Positions 30,074 through 39,644 of a stretch of 64,000 nucleotides of DNA are shown in pieces (the first letter of the stretch is position 1; each line of letters begins with the position of its first letter). The position numbers and the translations under genes were made by a program. The notes under the pieces were generated by a model. It made no database searches. It was not told the DNA's origin and saw nothing but the letters and a program-made list of their open reading frames with translations. The stretch is taken from sequence record SRR20825019_2337; one strand, given 5' to 3'.

Positions 30074-30898
30074 ATGGCTCGTATTCCGATTGAGGACAAC
30101 TTCGACGACGTAATCAACAAGACCCAACGCGGTCTCCAAATCACGGATGAGCAGCTCGCTTCCCGCGCTGAGGTCAGTGCCGAGGATCTTGCGGCCGTGA
30201 AAGAAGGGAAACCAAACATCGCGGTGATCCGCCGGGTGGCGCGACACCTTCGTCTCAGCCCCGATGCGTTGGAAGAACTCGCGAACAAATCATGGTATCC
30301 CGATCAACCCGCGTTCCCCTGTGGCTTCGCGATGTTCAACACCGTTTTTGAAGACATGACGGTGAACAGTTATTTGATCTGGGATCCGCGCACCAAACAC
30401 GCCGCCGCTTTTGACACCGGCTCCGATTGTCAGGCCATGCTGGATATCATCAACAGCGAAGGTCTCAATCTGCGTTACATCTTCATCACCCACACGCATG
30501 AAGATCACATCGTCGATCTGCCCAAGCTTGCGGCGGGAACCAAGGCCGAGGTCTGGTCCAGCGAACAGGAACCCGTCGATTTCGAAGGGGCGCAGACATT
30601 CAAGGAAAACGCCCATTTTCACATTGGTGATCTGGCGATCAAAACGCTCCTCACTTGGGGACATTCTCCGGGAATGACGACGTTCTTCGTCACCGGCCTC
30701 AGCTGGCCGCTCGCGATCGTCGCCGATTCGATTTTCTCCTGCTCCATGGGCGGCAGTCCGACCAATTTCGAGGATCAATATCGCAACAATAAAGAGAAGA
30801 TCATGCCGATGTCCCGCGACACGGTCATCGCTCCCGGCCACGGTCCCTTAACCACCGTCGGACAGGAAAAACAGCACAACCCTTTCTTTGCCCGCTAA
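30074..30898 (+). CDS. MBL-fold metallo-hydrolase with N-terminal HTH-like domain
   Basis: THTHEDH, GHSPG, PGHG; N-terminal GLQITDEQLASRAEVS. Confidence 0.88.
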   Translation: MARIPIEDNFDDVINKTQRGLQITDEQLASRAEVSAEDLAAVKEGKPNIAVIRRVARHLRLSPDALEELANKSWYPDQPAFPCGFAMFNTVFEDMTVNSYLIWDPRTKHAAAFDTGSDCQAMLDIINSEGLNLRYIFITHTHEDHIVDLPKLAAGTKAEVWSSEQEPVDFEGAQTFKENAHFHIGDLAIKTLLTWGHSPGMTTFFVTGLSWPLAIVADSIFSCSMGGSPTNFEDQYRNNKEKIMPMSRDTVIAPGHGPLTTVGQEKQHNPFFAR

Positions 30899-30937
30899 GC
30901 CGCAGGCATCAATCCACCCTAAAAACATTATATTATT

Positions 30938-31822
30938 ATGTCTCAAAAAATAGCCTTCGTCGGAGTCGGCCGCATGGGCGCCAACATGGCGCGACGTCTC
31001 ACGGACTGCGGTCATAAAGTAACCGCCGTTTACGACGTTTACCAACCCTCTGCTTCCGAGCTCGCCAAAGAAATCAAAGCGAAACACGCCAAGACACTCG
31101 CAGCTGTCTCGGCCGCTGCCGATGTCATTATTACCGTCGTCAACGACGATGCTTCCCAACTCAGCATTTTCGGCGAATCCGGTGATTCCCTGCTGACCAA
31201 AGCCAAGGGCAAGATTTTCATCAACTGTGCGACGATCACACCCAAGACTCACGTCGAAGTAGAGCGCCGCGCCAAGAAAGCCGGTGCCAGCACCCTCGAA
31301 GGTTGCATGGCTTCCTCAATCCCCCAGGCGCGCAACGGCACGCTCTATCTCATGTGCGGTGGCACCAAAAAGACCTTCACTCAGGTTAAGCCCATCCTCA
31401 ACGATCTTTCGACTGCGCTCCGCTACGTCGGCAAGACCGGTCAGGCCGCCCAGGTCAAAGCCCTCGTGAATATGGTCATGAATATCAACACGGCGGCGCT
31501 CGCCGAAGGTCTCGGTCTCGGCAACGCCCTTGGCCTTGATCTCGACATGCTGCGTGAAGTGTTCCTCCAGACCGGAGCCAATTCGCAAGTGCTTAAGACG
31601 GACGGTGAAGACATGCAGAACCGCGATCATGAATGCTATTTCTCCGGCGCCCATGCCGCCAAGGACAGCACAATCGCCTGGGTGCTCGGCTGCGAAGCGG
31701 GTATCAACATGCCGTTGGCTTCGGCCACCAAGACCCAGTTCGACAAGCTGGTCGCGCTCGGTCTCGGCCATCTCGACAAATCCGGTGTCGCTGAACTCAC
31801 CTTTAAAGGACGCCACGCCTGA
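30938..31822 (+). CDS. Beta-hydroxyacid dehydrogenase family NAD(P)-dependent oxidoreductase
   Basis: IAFVGVGRMGANMA, VKALVN, AAKD. Confidence 0.88.
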   Translation: MSQKIAFVGVGRMGANMARRLTDCGHKVTAVYDVYQPSASELAKEIKAKHAKTLAAVSAAADVIITVVNDDASQLSIFGESGDSLLTKAKGKIFINCATITPKTHVEVERRAKKAGASTLEGCMASSIPQARNGTLYLMCGGTKKTFTQVKPILNDLSTALRYVGKTGQAAQVKALVNMVMNINTAALAEGLGLGNALGLDLDMLREVFLQTGANSQVLKTDGEDMQNRDHECYFSGAHAAKDSTIAWVLGCEAGINMPLASATKTQFDKLVALGLGHLDKSGVAELTFKGRHA

Positions 31823-31824
31823 TT

Positions 31825-31927
31825 GAATTTCGATTTTTGAATTCGGATTTTGGATCATTTCCTGAATCCGAATTCAGATCGAAGCTTGCCGTATTTTAAA
31901 ACCGCCACTCGAAAATCCAAAAAATCC
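31825..31927. repeat. Heptamer arrays in inverted orientation
   Basis: gaatttc gattttt gaattcg gattttg ... aatccgaattca (12-bp IR, 31838-31849 and 31865-31876). Confidence 0.6.
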
Positions 31928-31929
31928 CC

Positions 31930-32778
31930 ATGTCCAAGATCGTTCACATCGCCAACCTCTGGTCCCTCGTTGGGCACCCCACTCCGAAACGCGAGTGGTC
32001 CCTCGAAAAGAAAATCGCGGCCGTCGCTGCAGCCGGCTTTGACGGTTTCACGACCGCCTTGACCCCGGAGCATGCCCGTCTCGCTGAAAAATATAAACTA
32101 AAACACGTGCTCGGTTTCATTTCCGACAACTCCGGGAAAGCCTCCGAATACGCCAAGGCGATCCAGAAGCAAAAGGACTGCGGCGCGGTGCAAATCAATG
32201 TGCAACTCGACGACGATTTCACCAAGCCAACCGTCGCTGCCCGCAATTGGGTAAAAATGATGAAGGAAGCCGATAAGATCGGTGGCGTCGTCATGTCACT
32301 CGAAGTGCATCGCGATACTTGCACCGAGACTCCCGAGAAGACCTACGAAATCGTTAAGCTCTACAGAAAAGCAACGGGGAAGGCACCGAAGATCAATTTC
32401 GACTTCTCCCACTTCGCTGTGGTCAAGCATCTCGGCCCCGCCAATTACAGTGAATATATGCTCAAGTATCCTCGCCTCATTCAGGATTCCGAGCAGAGCC
32501 ACTGTCGCCCATTCAACGGCCACCACTGCCAAATCGCGGTGACCAATAACGGCAAGCTGACCGATGGCGTAAAGAGCTACCTGAAATTCACCGACGATCT
32601 TTTCCGCATGTGGAAGGCCGCTCCGAAAAACAAAGATAAAACCCTCTTTGTCTGCCCCGAAATGGGCCCCTACCATGATGGCGGTGCCGGCTATAACATC
32701 GAAGGACTTCCTCCGGCATGGCCTGATGCCGTGGTGTTGCGCAAGGAACTGGCCAAGTCCTGGAACCGCGCCAAGTGA
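31930..32778 (+). CDS. Xylose-isomerase-like TIM barrel (sugar phosphate isomerase/epimerase family)
   Basis: AGFDGF, LEVHR, DFSHF, H-x-R, CPEMGP metal-ligand pattern. Confidence 0.8.
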   Translation: MSKIVHIANLWSLVGHPTPKREWSLEKKIAAVAAAGFDGFTTALTPEHARLAEKYKLKHVLGFISDNSGKASEYAKAIQKQKDCGAVQINVQLDDDFTKPTVAARNWVKMMKEADKIGGVVMSLEVHRDTCTETPEKTYEIVKLYRKATGKAPKINFDFSHFAVVKHLGPANYSEYMLKYPRLIQDSEQSHCRPFNGHHCQIAVTNNGKLTDGVKSYLKFTDDLFRMWKAAPKNKDKTLFVCPEMGPYHDGGAGYNIEGLPPAWPDAVVLRKELAKSWNRAK

Positions 32779-32802
32779 TGCTTTGCACCAACCTTTAAAC
32801 TC

Positions 32803-32834
32803 AAAAAGCCGACTCAATCATGAGTCGGCTTTTT
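32803..32834. terminator. Bidirectional terminator
   Basis: AAAAAGCCGACTCA-atca-TGAGTCGGCTTTTT. Confidence 0.9.
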
Positions 32835-32859
32835 AGTGCCATTCCCCATCACCTCAGCT

Positions 32860-33894
32860 TCAGCTGTATGCAGCGGGGATCGCGCGGCCTTTAGTCGCAC
32901 TGCGATCAGCAAGATCTAAAATATGAATCGGTCGGCGCGCCCATTCTGCCGTTATCGTCAGGGCTTCATTCTTGGTCAGATGATCGGCAATATTGGCGTA
33001 GTAGTTTTCCCACTGCTCCGCAGGGTTTTTACCCTTGATCACGGTGACCTCATCACCATCACGACACGTAATTTCGTGATTCTCATAATCCCACCAAAAC
33101 GTGCCCTTTGTCCCGGTGACTTCCAACATCCCGCGCTTGGGATTGGAATCGATCTGGGTGACACATAAAGTCACCCATACCCCGCTTTTGAAACGCACCA
33201 CCGCAAAGGCTTCGTCTTCGATGGTATCTTCTTTCCATCTCGTTTGAGGCGCCCAGAAACCGCGCTTGGCATATCCGGTAACTTCAGTGATTTCCGAGTC
33301 CACCAATTGCAGCGAATACTCCAACATATGAACGCCCCAATCGTAGAGAATCCCACCGGAAATACTTTTACTCGATCTCCAGATATCACCCGGTTGCCGA
33401 CGTTGGCCCATGTGACATTCGATCCGGACGATCTCACCAATATCACCCGACTTTAATACCTCCAGGGCCTTCATGACCGAGCCATCCCAATGCCGATTAT
33501 GGAAGGTGGAAATAACCACTCCGGCGGCCTTCGCAGCAGCGATCATCGTATCGCATTCCTCTGTCGTGATCGCGAATGGTTTTTCACAGATCACGTGCCG
33601 TCCAGCCGCAATACACTGCAGCGCGAGAGAGGCGTGGGTATTGTGAGGTGTGATTAAAATCACCAAATTCACGTCCGATTGCGCCAGCATATCATCCACG
33701 GTGTGGTAGGTTTCGATCCCCGGAAAATCCTGAGGACCCAACGCCAGTCGTTCCGCATCGAGCTCAACGACAGCGCGGGGAGTCATCCCTGCTTTTTGCA
33801 CATCCTTTAGATGGATGCGCCCCATGTTATAGATCCCACCGTATCCCACCACGGCGACTTTGATATCCTCGGGTTTATGAAAGTGTGCGTTCAT
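32860..33894 (-). CDS. Gfo/Idh/MocA family oxidoreductase
   Basis: VVGYG, TPHNTH, CEKP, HNRHWD, GGILYDWGVH. Confidence 0.92.
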   Translation of the reverse strand: MNAHFHKPEDIKVAVVGYGGIYNMGRIHLKDVQKAGMTPRAVVELDAERLALGPQDFPGIETYHTVDDMLAQSDVNLVILITPHNTHASLALQCIAAGRHVICEKPFAITTEECDTMIAAAKAAGVVISTFHNRHWDGSVMKALEVLKSGDIGEIVRIECHMGQRRQPGDIWRSSKSISGGILYDWGVHMLEYSLQLVDSEITEVTGYAKRGFWAPQTRWKEDTIEDEAFAVVRFKSGVWVTLCVTQIDSNPKRGMLEVTGTKGTFWWDYENHEITCRDGDEVTVIKGKNPAEQWENYYANIADHLTKNEALTITAEWARRPIHILDLADRSATKGRAIPAAYS

Positions 33895-33907
33895 TGGGTG
33901 CCAATAT

Positions 33908-34567
33908 TCAGCGCGCGGCCCATTCCATGCCGCGCAAGGTTATTTCCAGCTGCTGCGGATAGTCGGTGAATTCCTGACAGACATGCCCCATCGCGGAAAA
34001 GAACACGCGACCTTTGCCGTGCATTTTCTTCCACACAAAAGGCATCTCCACCCCATTTGTCCAAGGGGCACTTTCCGATTGGTGAGTCGTGGCCACGAGC
34101 ACCTCATTATTCGGATCCACCATCATGTAATACTGCTCACTGTGAACATCGAAATCCTCCATGCCCTGCGTGATCGGATCCTCATGATTCACAATTCGGA
34201 TACGGTAATCCTTCACCCCATCGGGGTGGCAAAGAAACTGCCCCCCGGTCATCCATTGATATTCAAGCTGCCCGCGAAAAGCATCGCACATGCCGCCATG
34301 AAATCCCGCGATACCCACTCCCCCCAAGACCGCATCGATGAGGTTACGCGTCTGTTCCGTGCTGATTTCCCCCATCGTCCAAATCGGCACAATGAGATCT
34401 TTCGCCTGGATTCGAGGGATATCCTCCAACACTTCCAGTGAATCAACGACCTCTACATCGAAACCTCGTGCGGGCATCTTCTCGGCGAAGAGCTTGGCAC
34501 ATTCCTGGGGTTCGTGGCCAGTCCAGCCACCGGCAATGATCAGGGCCTGTTTGTTTTGCGAAGACAT
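33908..34567 (-). CDS. ThuA-like domain protein
   Basis: GGWTGHEP, GIAGFHGG, GGQFLCHP, SEQYY, GKGRVFFSAMGH. Confidence 0.85.
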   Translation of the reverse strand: MSSQNKQALIIAGGWTGHEPQECAKLFAEKMPARGFDVEVVDSLEVLEDIPRIQAKDLIVPIWTMGEISTEQTRNLIDAVLGGVGIAGFHGGMCDAFRGQLEYQWMTGGQFLCHPDGVKDYRIRIVNHEDPITQGMEDFDVHSEQYYMMVDPNNEVLVATTHQSESAPWTNGVEMPFVWKKMHGKGRVFFSAMGHVCQEFTDYPQQLEITLRGMEWAAR

Positions 34568-34722
34568 GAATCTATATGGGGTTAGGTTGCGTTAATTCTA
34601 CCAGAGTCAGCCTGTGTAGAGTGCATTTTCCACAATACAAAGCATTTTCCATCCAAAAGACCCGCAGGTGGATTTAGGTTAGACTTTAGCTCTGCAACCG
34701 CCAACTTCTCACTGAATACCCC

Positions 34723-36156
34723 ATGATGGAAAACTCACTCAGAAAGACCATTCTCATCCTCGGCTTGGCTTTGGCTCTGGTGATTTCCCTCCTCACCCTG
34801 CTCTTCCAAGAAGGGCTCAGAGAGAAAATGGGATCCTCGTTTTATGTGGTGGGACTCGCGATCATCGGCTGCGTCCTTCTCGTGCTGGCCGGATACGTTT
34901 GGGATCGCACCATGATCGAGCGTTTACGGCATCTGCGTGACAGTGCTGGACCCGTGGTCAAAACCGATGACGATGATACTGATCACGACGAAATCATTGG
35001 CTTAGCCAGGAATATCGAAAACATGGCCCGCTCCCTTCAGAAGGTTGAAGCGAGCTACCGGGGGATCGTCGAGGACCAAGTGGATCTGATATGTCGCTAC
35101 CGACGCGATGGCCGTCTCACCTTTGTGAACGGTTCCTACGCACGCGCGTTTGACCGGAAGCGCGCGGAACTCGTCGGCGAACTTATCCCCTTTATGGATG
35201 CCGAGGAGATTTCCGAAAAAGACATCCTGCAAAAAGAACACAATCTGACACATTCCGATGGTCACATGGCCTGTATGCTCTGGACCCAACGTCCAATCTA
35301 TGACGACCGGGGGAATCTTCTCGAGTTTCAGGCCGTTGGTCACGACATCACCGAACGCAAGAACGCTGAAGCGGCTCTCCTCGCCGCCAAAGAATCCGCT
35401 GAAGCAGCCGATCGTGCCAAAGGAGAATTTCTCGCCGTCGTTAGTCATGAAATTCGCACTCCAATCAATGGCATTATGGGGTTTGCCGATATGCTGGCTC
35501 AATCGGAACTTTCGAAAGAGCAGCGAGAGCAAATCAGTATGATCCGCACGAGCGGCGTATCGCTCAGCAAGCTCATCAATGATATCCTTGATCTCTCAAA
35601 AATCGAAGGAGGCCGGATCGAGATCGAACATTCCCCCTATGCCCTGCACAAGTGCGTCGAGGAAGTCGCCTCATTTCTGGAACAGGAAGCACACAAGAGC
35701 AGCTTGGAGTTGGAAATCAACATCGCCCCCGATGTGCCTGTCATCGTCAACGGCGATGAAACCCGCCTGCGGCAAATCCTGACCAACCTTATTGGCAACG
35801 CCCTCAAATTTACCGATGAAGGCAGCGTCAAAGTAGACCTAAGCTGCAAAAAGTCATCCCCATCCAACGATGGGATCTGCGAACTGCGTTTACTCTTCAA
35901 CATCACTGATACGGGGATTGGCATCCCCTCCGAAAAAATCTCCCAACTCTTTCGTCCCTTCAGCCAGGTCGATACCTCCTTAAAACGTCGGCGCAACGGC
36001 ACCGGTCTCGGCTTGGCGATTTCCAAACGACTCTGTGAACTGATGGGAGGCACCATCTCCGTCGAAAGCACCGAAGGCGTCGGCAGCGTATTTCGCTTCA
36101 CCCTCCAGACTGACTATGAAAAGGGCGATACCAGCCCCCCCATGGCCCGAAGTTAA
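34723..36156 (+). CDS. Membrane PAS sensor histidine kinase
   Basis: 2 TM helices, PAS/PAC, SHEIRTP H-box, NLIGNALKFT, DTGIG, GTGLGLAI. Confidence 0.92.
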   Translation: MMENSLRKTILILGLALALVISLLTLLFQEGLREKMGSSFYVVGLAIIGCVLLVLAGYVWDRTMIERLRHLRDSAGPVVKTDDDDTDHDEIIGLARNIENMARSLQKVEASYRGIVEDQVDLICRYRRDGRLTFVNGSYARAFDRKRAELVGELIPFMDAEEISEKDILQKEHNLTHSDGHMACMLWTQRPIYDDRGNLLEFQAVGHDITERKNAEAALLAAKESAEAADRAKGEFLAVVSHEIRTPINGIMGFADMLAQSELSKEQREQISMIRTSGVSLSKLINDILDLSKIEGGRIEIEHSPYALHKCVEEVASFLEQEAHKSSLELEINIAPDVPVIVNGDETRLRQILTNLIGNALKFTDEGSVKVDLSCKKSSPSNDGICELRLLFNITDTGIGIPSEKISQLFRPFSQVDTSLKRRRNGTGLGLAISKRLCELMGGTISVESTEGVGSVFRFTLQTDYEKGDTSPPMARS

Positions 36157-36235
36157 TCGCGCCAGTTTCTCAAATTTCATTTCAGGTCTTGCGGCCTCTG
36201 AAAAATTCCTGCAACTTGCGCCCTCTTGTATGAGT

Positions 36236-36310
36236 GGCGCGGTAGCCAAGTGGTAAGGCCGAGCTCTGCAAAAGCTCTATGCGCCGGTTCAATTCCGGCC
36301 CGCGCCTCCA
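36236..36310 (+). tRNA. tRNA-Cys (GCA)
   Basis: GGCGCGG acceptor, GAGCT-CTGCAAA-AGCTC anticodon arm, GGTTCAATTCC T-arm, encoded CCA. Confidence 0.96.
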
Positions 36311-36444
36311 CAATTTCTGCGAAACAGGGATCATTAATGAACAGCGACACATCTGCCTCTCTTTCGCCCATGTCATCCACTCTCTCATTCAGTCCGACAG
36401 GAAAACTCCAAGGTCTCCCTGTTTTCAAAAACTAAAAACGGCGA

Positions 36445-37830
36445 ATGAGTAAACAGCATCTGAATTTGACCCGGTTCCTCTCACCGGGGGCTTTAGTAAT
36501 TCTTTCCATCGCTGTTATCAGCACCTTGATCGTCACCTCCCTTCCGAAAAAGGAAGGCGATGGAATGTCCGTTTGGGTGGGGGCAACCAATCACTACCAA
36601 GCCTACCGGCCGCTCGTAGATGCTTGGAATAAGGAGAGACCTAACGAAAAAGTGAATCTCATGCAGCTGCATGCTTCCGCTATCGAGCGAAGAATGCTCT
36701 CCGGCTTTTTGGCGGGCACTCCCGTTTCCGATATCATCGAGACTCATTTAGCGATCACCGCGAAAGCCTTTCTCGGCCCCTTGGAAGATGTGGGCTTTGT
36801 TGATCTGACTGATCGCCTTCACGAAGAAGGGCTTTTCGAACAAATCAATCACCCCTCATTCAGTCCCTATACATCGCGCGGGCGTATTTTTGGGATCCCG
36901 CACGATGTTCACCCTGTGCTGCTCGCTTATCGCTCCGATATCGTCGAAGCCGCCGGTATCGATGTGAGCCAAATTGAAACCTGGGAAGATTATTTCCGCG
37001 TCATGGCGCCGCTTTATCGCGATCGTGATGGGAATGGTGAACCCGATCATTATCTGATGACTGCGTGGGAAACGAGGCCAGACGTTGCTCAGATGATTAT
37101 TCTGCAGGCTGGTGGCAACTTGTTCGATCAGAACGATATGCCCACCATGAATCTCCCAATCAATGCCCAGGTGCTCGCCCGTTTAACCACCTGGTATGCC
37201 GGTCCCACTGCGACTTGCACCGATGTGGCGGCCTTTACCGCATCCGGTCATCGCCAACGATTGGATGGTGTTGTCATTGGCACTTTGGTTCCCGATTGGA
37301 TGGCAGGTCAGTGGAAAGTCGAAAACCCCGGACTCTCTGGTAAACTTAAACTCATGCCCGTGCCGGCATGGAAAAAAGGGGGACGACGCACCACGGTGGC
37401 CGGCGGCAGTATGATCGGGATCACCAAAAAAGCGAAGGATCCCGAACTCGCGTGGAAGCTGATCAAATACCTCTACTTCTCCCCGAAAATCGCCGAGCAC
37501 ATGTTCAAGGAAAGCAATATCGTCTCGCCGATGAAGCCACTCTGGAATCTCCCCTTTTACGACGAACCCGACCCCTTCTTCACCGGGCAAGCTTCCGGAC
37601 GGTTGTATCTCAATCAGGCTCCCGATGTTCCGATGCGTCCCTCCTCCCCCTACGCTTCATCCGCGGGTCTGGAGTTAGGCACCGTGACGATCGATCTTCG
37701 CCGCTATGCTGATGAAAACAAAGTCTACGACGAAGCAAGCCTGGTCGCGGTCGCCCAGGAACTCCTCGACAAAGCCCAGGCCCGAGTCGAACGCCTGATC
37801 GAACGCAACCAATTCATCCACGCAAAATGA
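36445..37830 (+). CDS. Carbohydrate ABC transporter substrate-binding protein
   Basis: N-terminal anchor, GRIFGIPHD..LAYRSD, TWEDY, GGSMIGI. Confidence 0.88.
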   Translation: MSKQHLNLTRFLSPGALVILSIAVISTLIVTSLPKKEGDGMSVWVGATNHYQAYRPLVDAWNKERPNEKVNLMQLHASAIERRMLSGFLAGTPVSDIIETHLAITAKAFLGPLEDVGFVDLTDRLHEEGLFEQINHPSFSPYTSRGRIFGIPHDVHPVLLAYRSDIVEAAGIDVSQIETWEDYFRVMAPLYRDRDGNGEPDHYLMTAWETRPDVAQMIILQAGGNLFDQNDMPTMNLPINAQVLARLTTWYAGPTATCTDVAAFTASGHRQRLDGVVIGTLVPDWMAGQWKVENPGLSGKLKLMPVPAWKKGGRRTTVAGGSMIGITKKAKDPELAWKLIKYLYFSPKIAEHMFKESNIVSPMKPLWNLPFYDEPDPFFTGQASGRLYLNQAPDVPMRPSSPYASSAGLELGTVTIDLRRYADENKVYDEASLVAVAQELLDKAQARVERLIERNQFIHAK

Positions 37831-38705
37831 AAAGCCAACGACGCAACATCGCCCCCTGGCTCTTCCTCTCGCCGTTTTTGCTTCTCTTTGCTGTCTTCAC
37901 GGTTTGGCCGCTGTGCCACTCGCTGCTTCTCTCTCTCCAGCAAACCTACGGTCCCGGCACCACCAAATGGGTGGGCTTGCTCAATTTCAAATACCTGCTG
38001 ACCGATCCGCTATTCTGGAAGGCCGTCTATAATACCGGTCGTTTCGCCCTCGGTTCCCTCTTCATTCAACTCCCCGTCGCCCTCGGTTTGGCGATGCTGC
38101 TCAATCGTCCCAGCCTGAAAGGCCGCGCTTTTTTCCGGTTGATTTTCTTCTCGCCGTCTCTCGTCGGCCTGCCGTTTGTGGCCATGCTTTTCGCCCCGAT
38201 TTTCGAGAAACGCACCGGTCTTCTCAACGTCCTCTTGCACGACATTATCCCGGCTTGGAATATCGATTTCGCCTGGACCCAGAACTACATCATGACGGCA
38301 CTGATCATCGCCGCCCTCTGGATGTATGCCGGCTTCAACATGGTCTACTTCCTCGCGGCACTTCAGAACGTATCCAAGGACCTCGTCGAAGCCGCTGAAA
38401 TTGACGGGGCGAGCCCGTGGCAACGATTCCGTCACGTGATTATTCCCCAGATCGCCCCCGTCGCCGGCTTCATCACCTTGCTCTCAATCATCGGCAGTTT
38501 CCAACTCTTCGAGCTGGCCTTCATCATGCTCAATAACACCGCCGGACCCGATTACGGAGGCCTGACGATTGTCATGTATCTCTATCAAACGGGATTCCAG
38601 GCCGGAGATCTCGGCTACGCCAGTGCCATCGGCTGGGTGCTCGCCATCTTCCTGATCTCGATCTCCCTGATCCAACGTCGCCTCGTCCGTCGCTACGAAA
38701 CATGA
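37827..38705 (+). CDS. Carbohydrate ABC permease
   Basis: EAA motif EAAEIDGAS; GYASAIGW. Confidence 0.92.
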   Translation: MKSQRRNIAPWLFLSPFLLLFAVFTVWPLCHSLLLSLQQTYGPGTTKWVGLLNFKYLLTDPLFWKAVYNTGRFALGSLFIQLPVALGLAMLLNRPSLKGRAFFRLIFFSPSLVGLPFVAMLFAPIFEKRTGLLNVLLHDIIPAWNIDFAWTQNYIMTALIIAALWMYAGFNMVYFLAALQNVSKDLVEAAEIDGASPWQRFRHVIIPQIAPVAGFITLLSIIGSFQLFELAFIMLNNTAGPDYGGLTIVMYLYQTGFQAGDLGYASAIGWVLAIFLISISLIQRRLVRRYET

Positions 38706-39556
38706 CGACTAAAAAGCTCACTCCCTATTTCCTTTACTCCACTCTGGTGGTCTTCGCGGTCATTATGATGATCCCGTTCGCCTACATGATTGCGGGGGCG
38801 TTGAAATCGCGACTCGATTACGCCGCGTTTCTCTTCCTCCCCACGGGTGATGGTTTCCTCGGTATCGCCTGGGATCGGGTCACCTTTTCGAATTTCCTGC
38901 GACTCTTCACCGAAATCGAAAACTTCCCGCGGGCGATTCTCAATTCGCTCTTTCTGGCCTCGGTTCACGCCATTGTGACTTCGTTATTCTGTGCGATGGG
39001 CGGCTATGCTCTGGCCAAGCTGACGTTTAAAGGCCGCGACATCGTAACGACACTGGTGCTGGCAGCCCTCATCATTCCCGGTCCGCTCCTCCTCGCGCCC
39101 GGCTTTCAACTCCTCTACCAACTCGACCTCCTCAACACCTACGCCGGTCTCCTGCTGCCGGGATTCACTCCCGCATTCGGCATTTTCCTCTTTCGGCAGG
39201 CCATGCTCAACGGCGTTCCCAACGAATTGCTGGAAGCCGCCCGGATCGATGGTGCCGGGGAAGCGCGGATCTTCTTCGAATTGGTCATCCCCCTCGTTCG
39301 CCCAATGTTGGGAGCCTTTTTAATGATCAGCTTCATGGGCACCTGGAATAATTTCATCGGACCTCAGATCATTCTGCAGGCTCCCGAGTTACAGCCCCTG
39401 TCTGTCGCGCTGAATAACCTCAAAGGCCTCTACGCCTCGGATTACAGCCTCATCATGGCCGGCACCCTCGTTTCAATCTCCCCCGTCATGTGCATCTTCC
39501 TGCTCCTCCAGCGTGAGTTTATCGCCGGTCTGACCGGTGGCGCCGTCAAAGGCTGA
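38702..39556 (+). CDS. Carbohydrate ABC permease
   Basis: EAARIDGA; C-terminal GLTGGAVKG. Confidence 0.92.
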   Translation: MTTKKLTPYFLYSTLVVFAVIMMIPFAYMIAGALKSRLDYAAFLFLPTGDGFLGIAWDRVTFSNFLRLFTEIENFPRAILNSLFLASVHAIVTSLFCAMGGYALAKLTFKGRDIVTTLVLAALIIPGPLLLAPGFQLLYQLDLLNTYAGLLLPGFTPAFGIFLFRQAMLNGVPNELLEAARIDGAGEARIFFELVIPLVRPMLGAFLMISFMGTWNNFIGPQIILQAPELQPLSVALNNLKGLYASDYSLIMAGTLVSISPVMCIFLLLQREFIAGLTGGAVKG

Positions 39557-39644
39557 TCCCACGGAATCAAGTAACCCCGAGTCGCTTTCCGAGCACTCGT
39601 GCTCATCTGCTTCTGACAAAGGCCACTCATTCGAATGTCACTTA

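Noticed and set aside
36177-36435. Short ORFs overlapping tRNA-Cys
   Set aside because: Shadow ORFs of the tRNA gene
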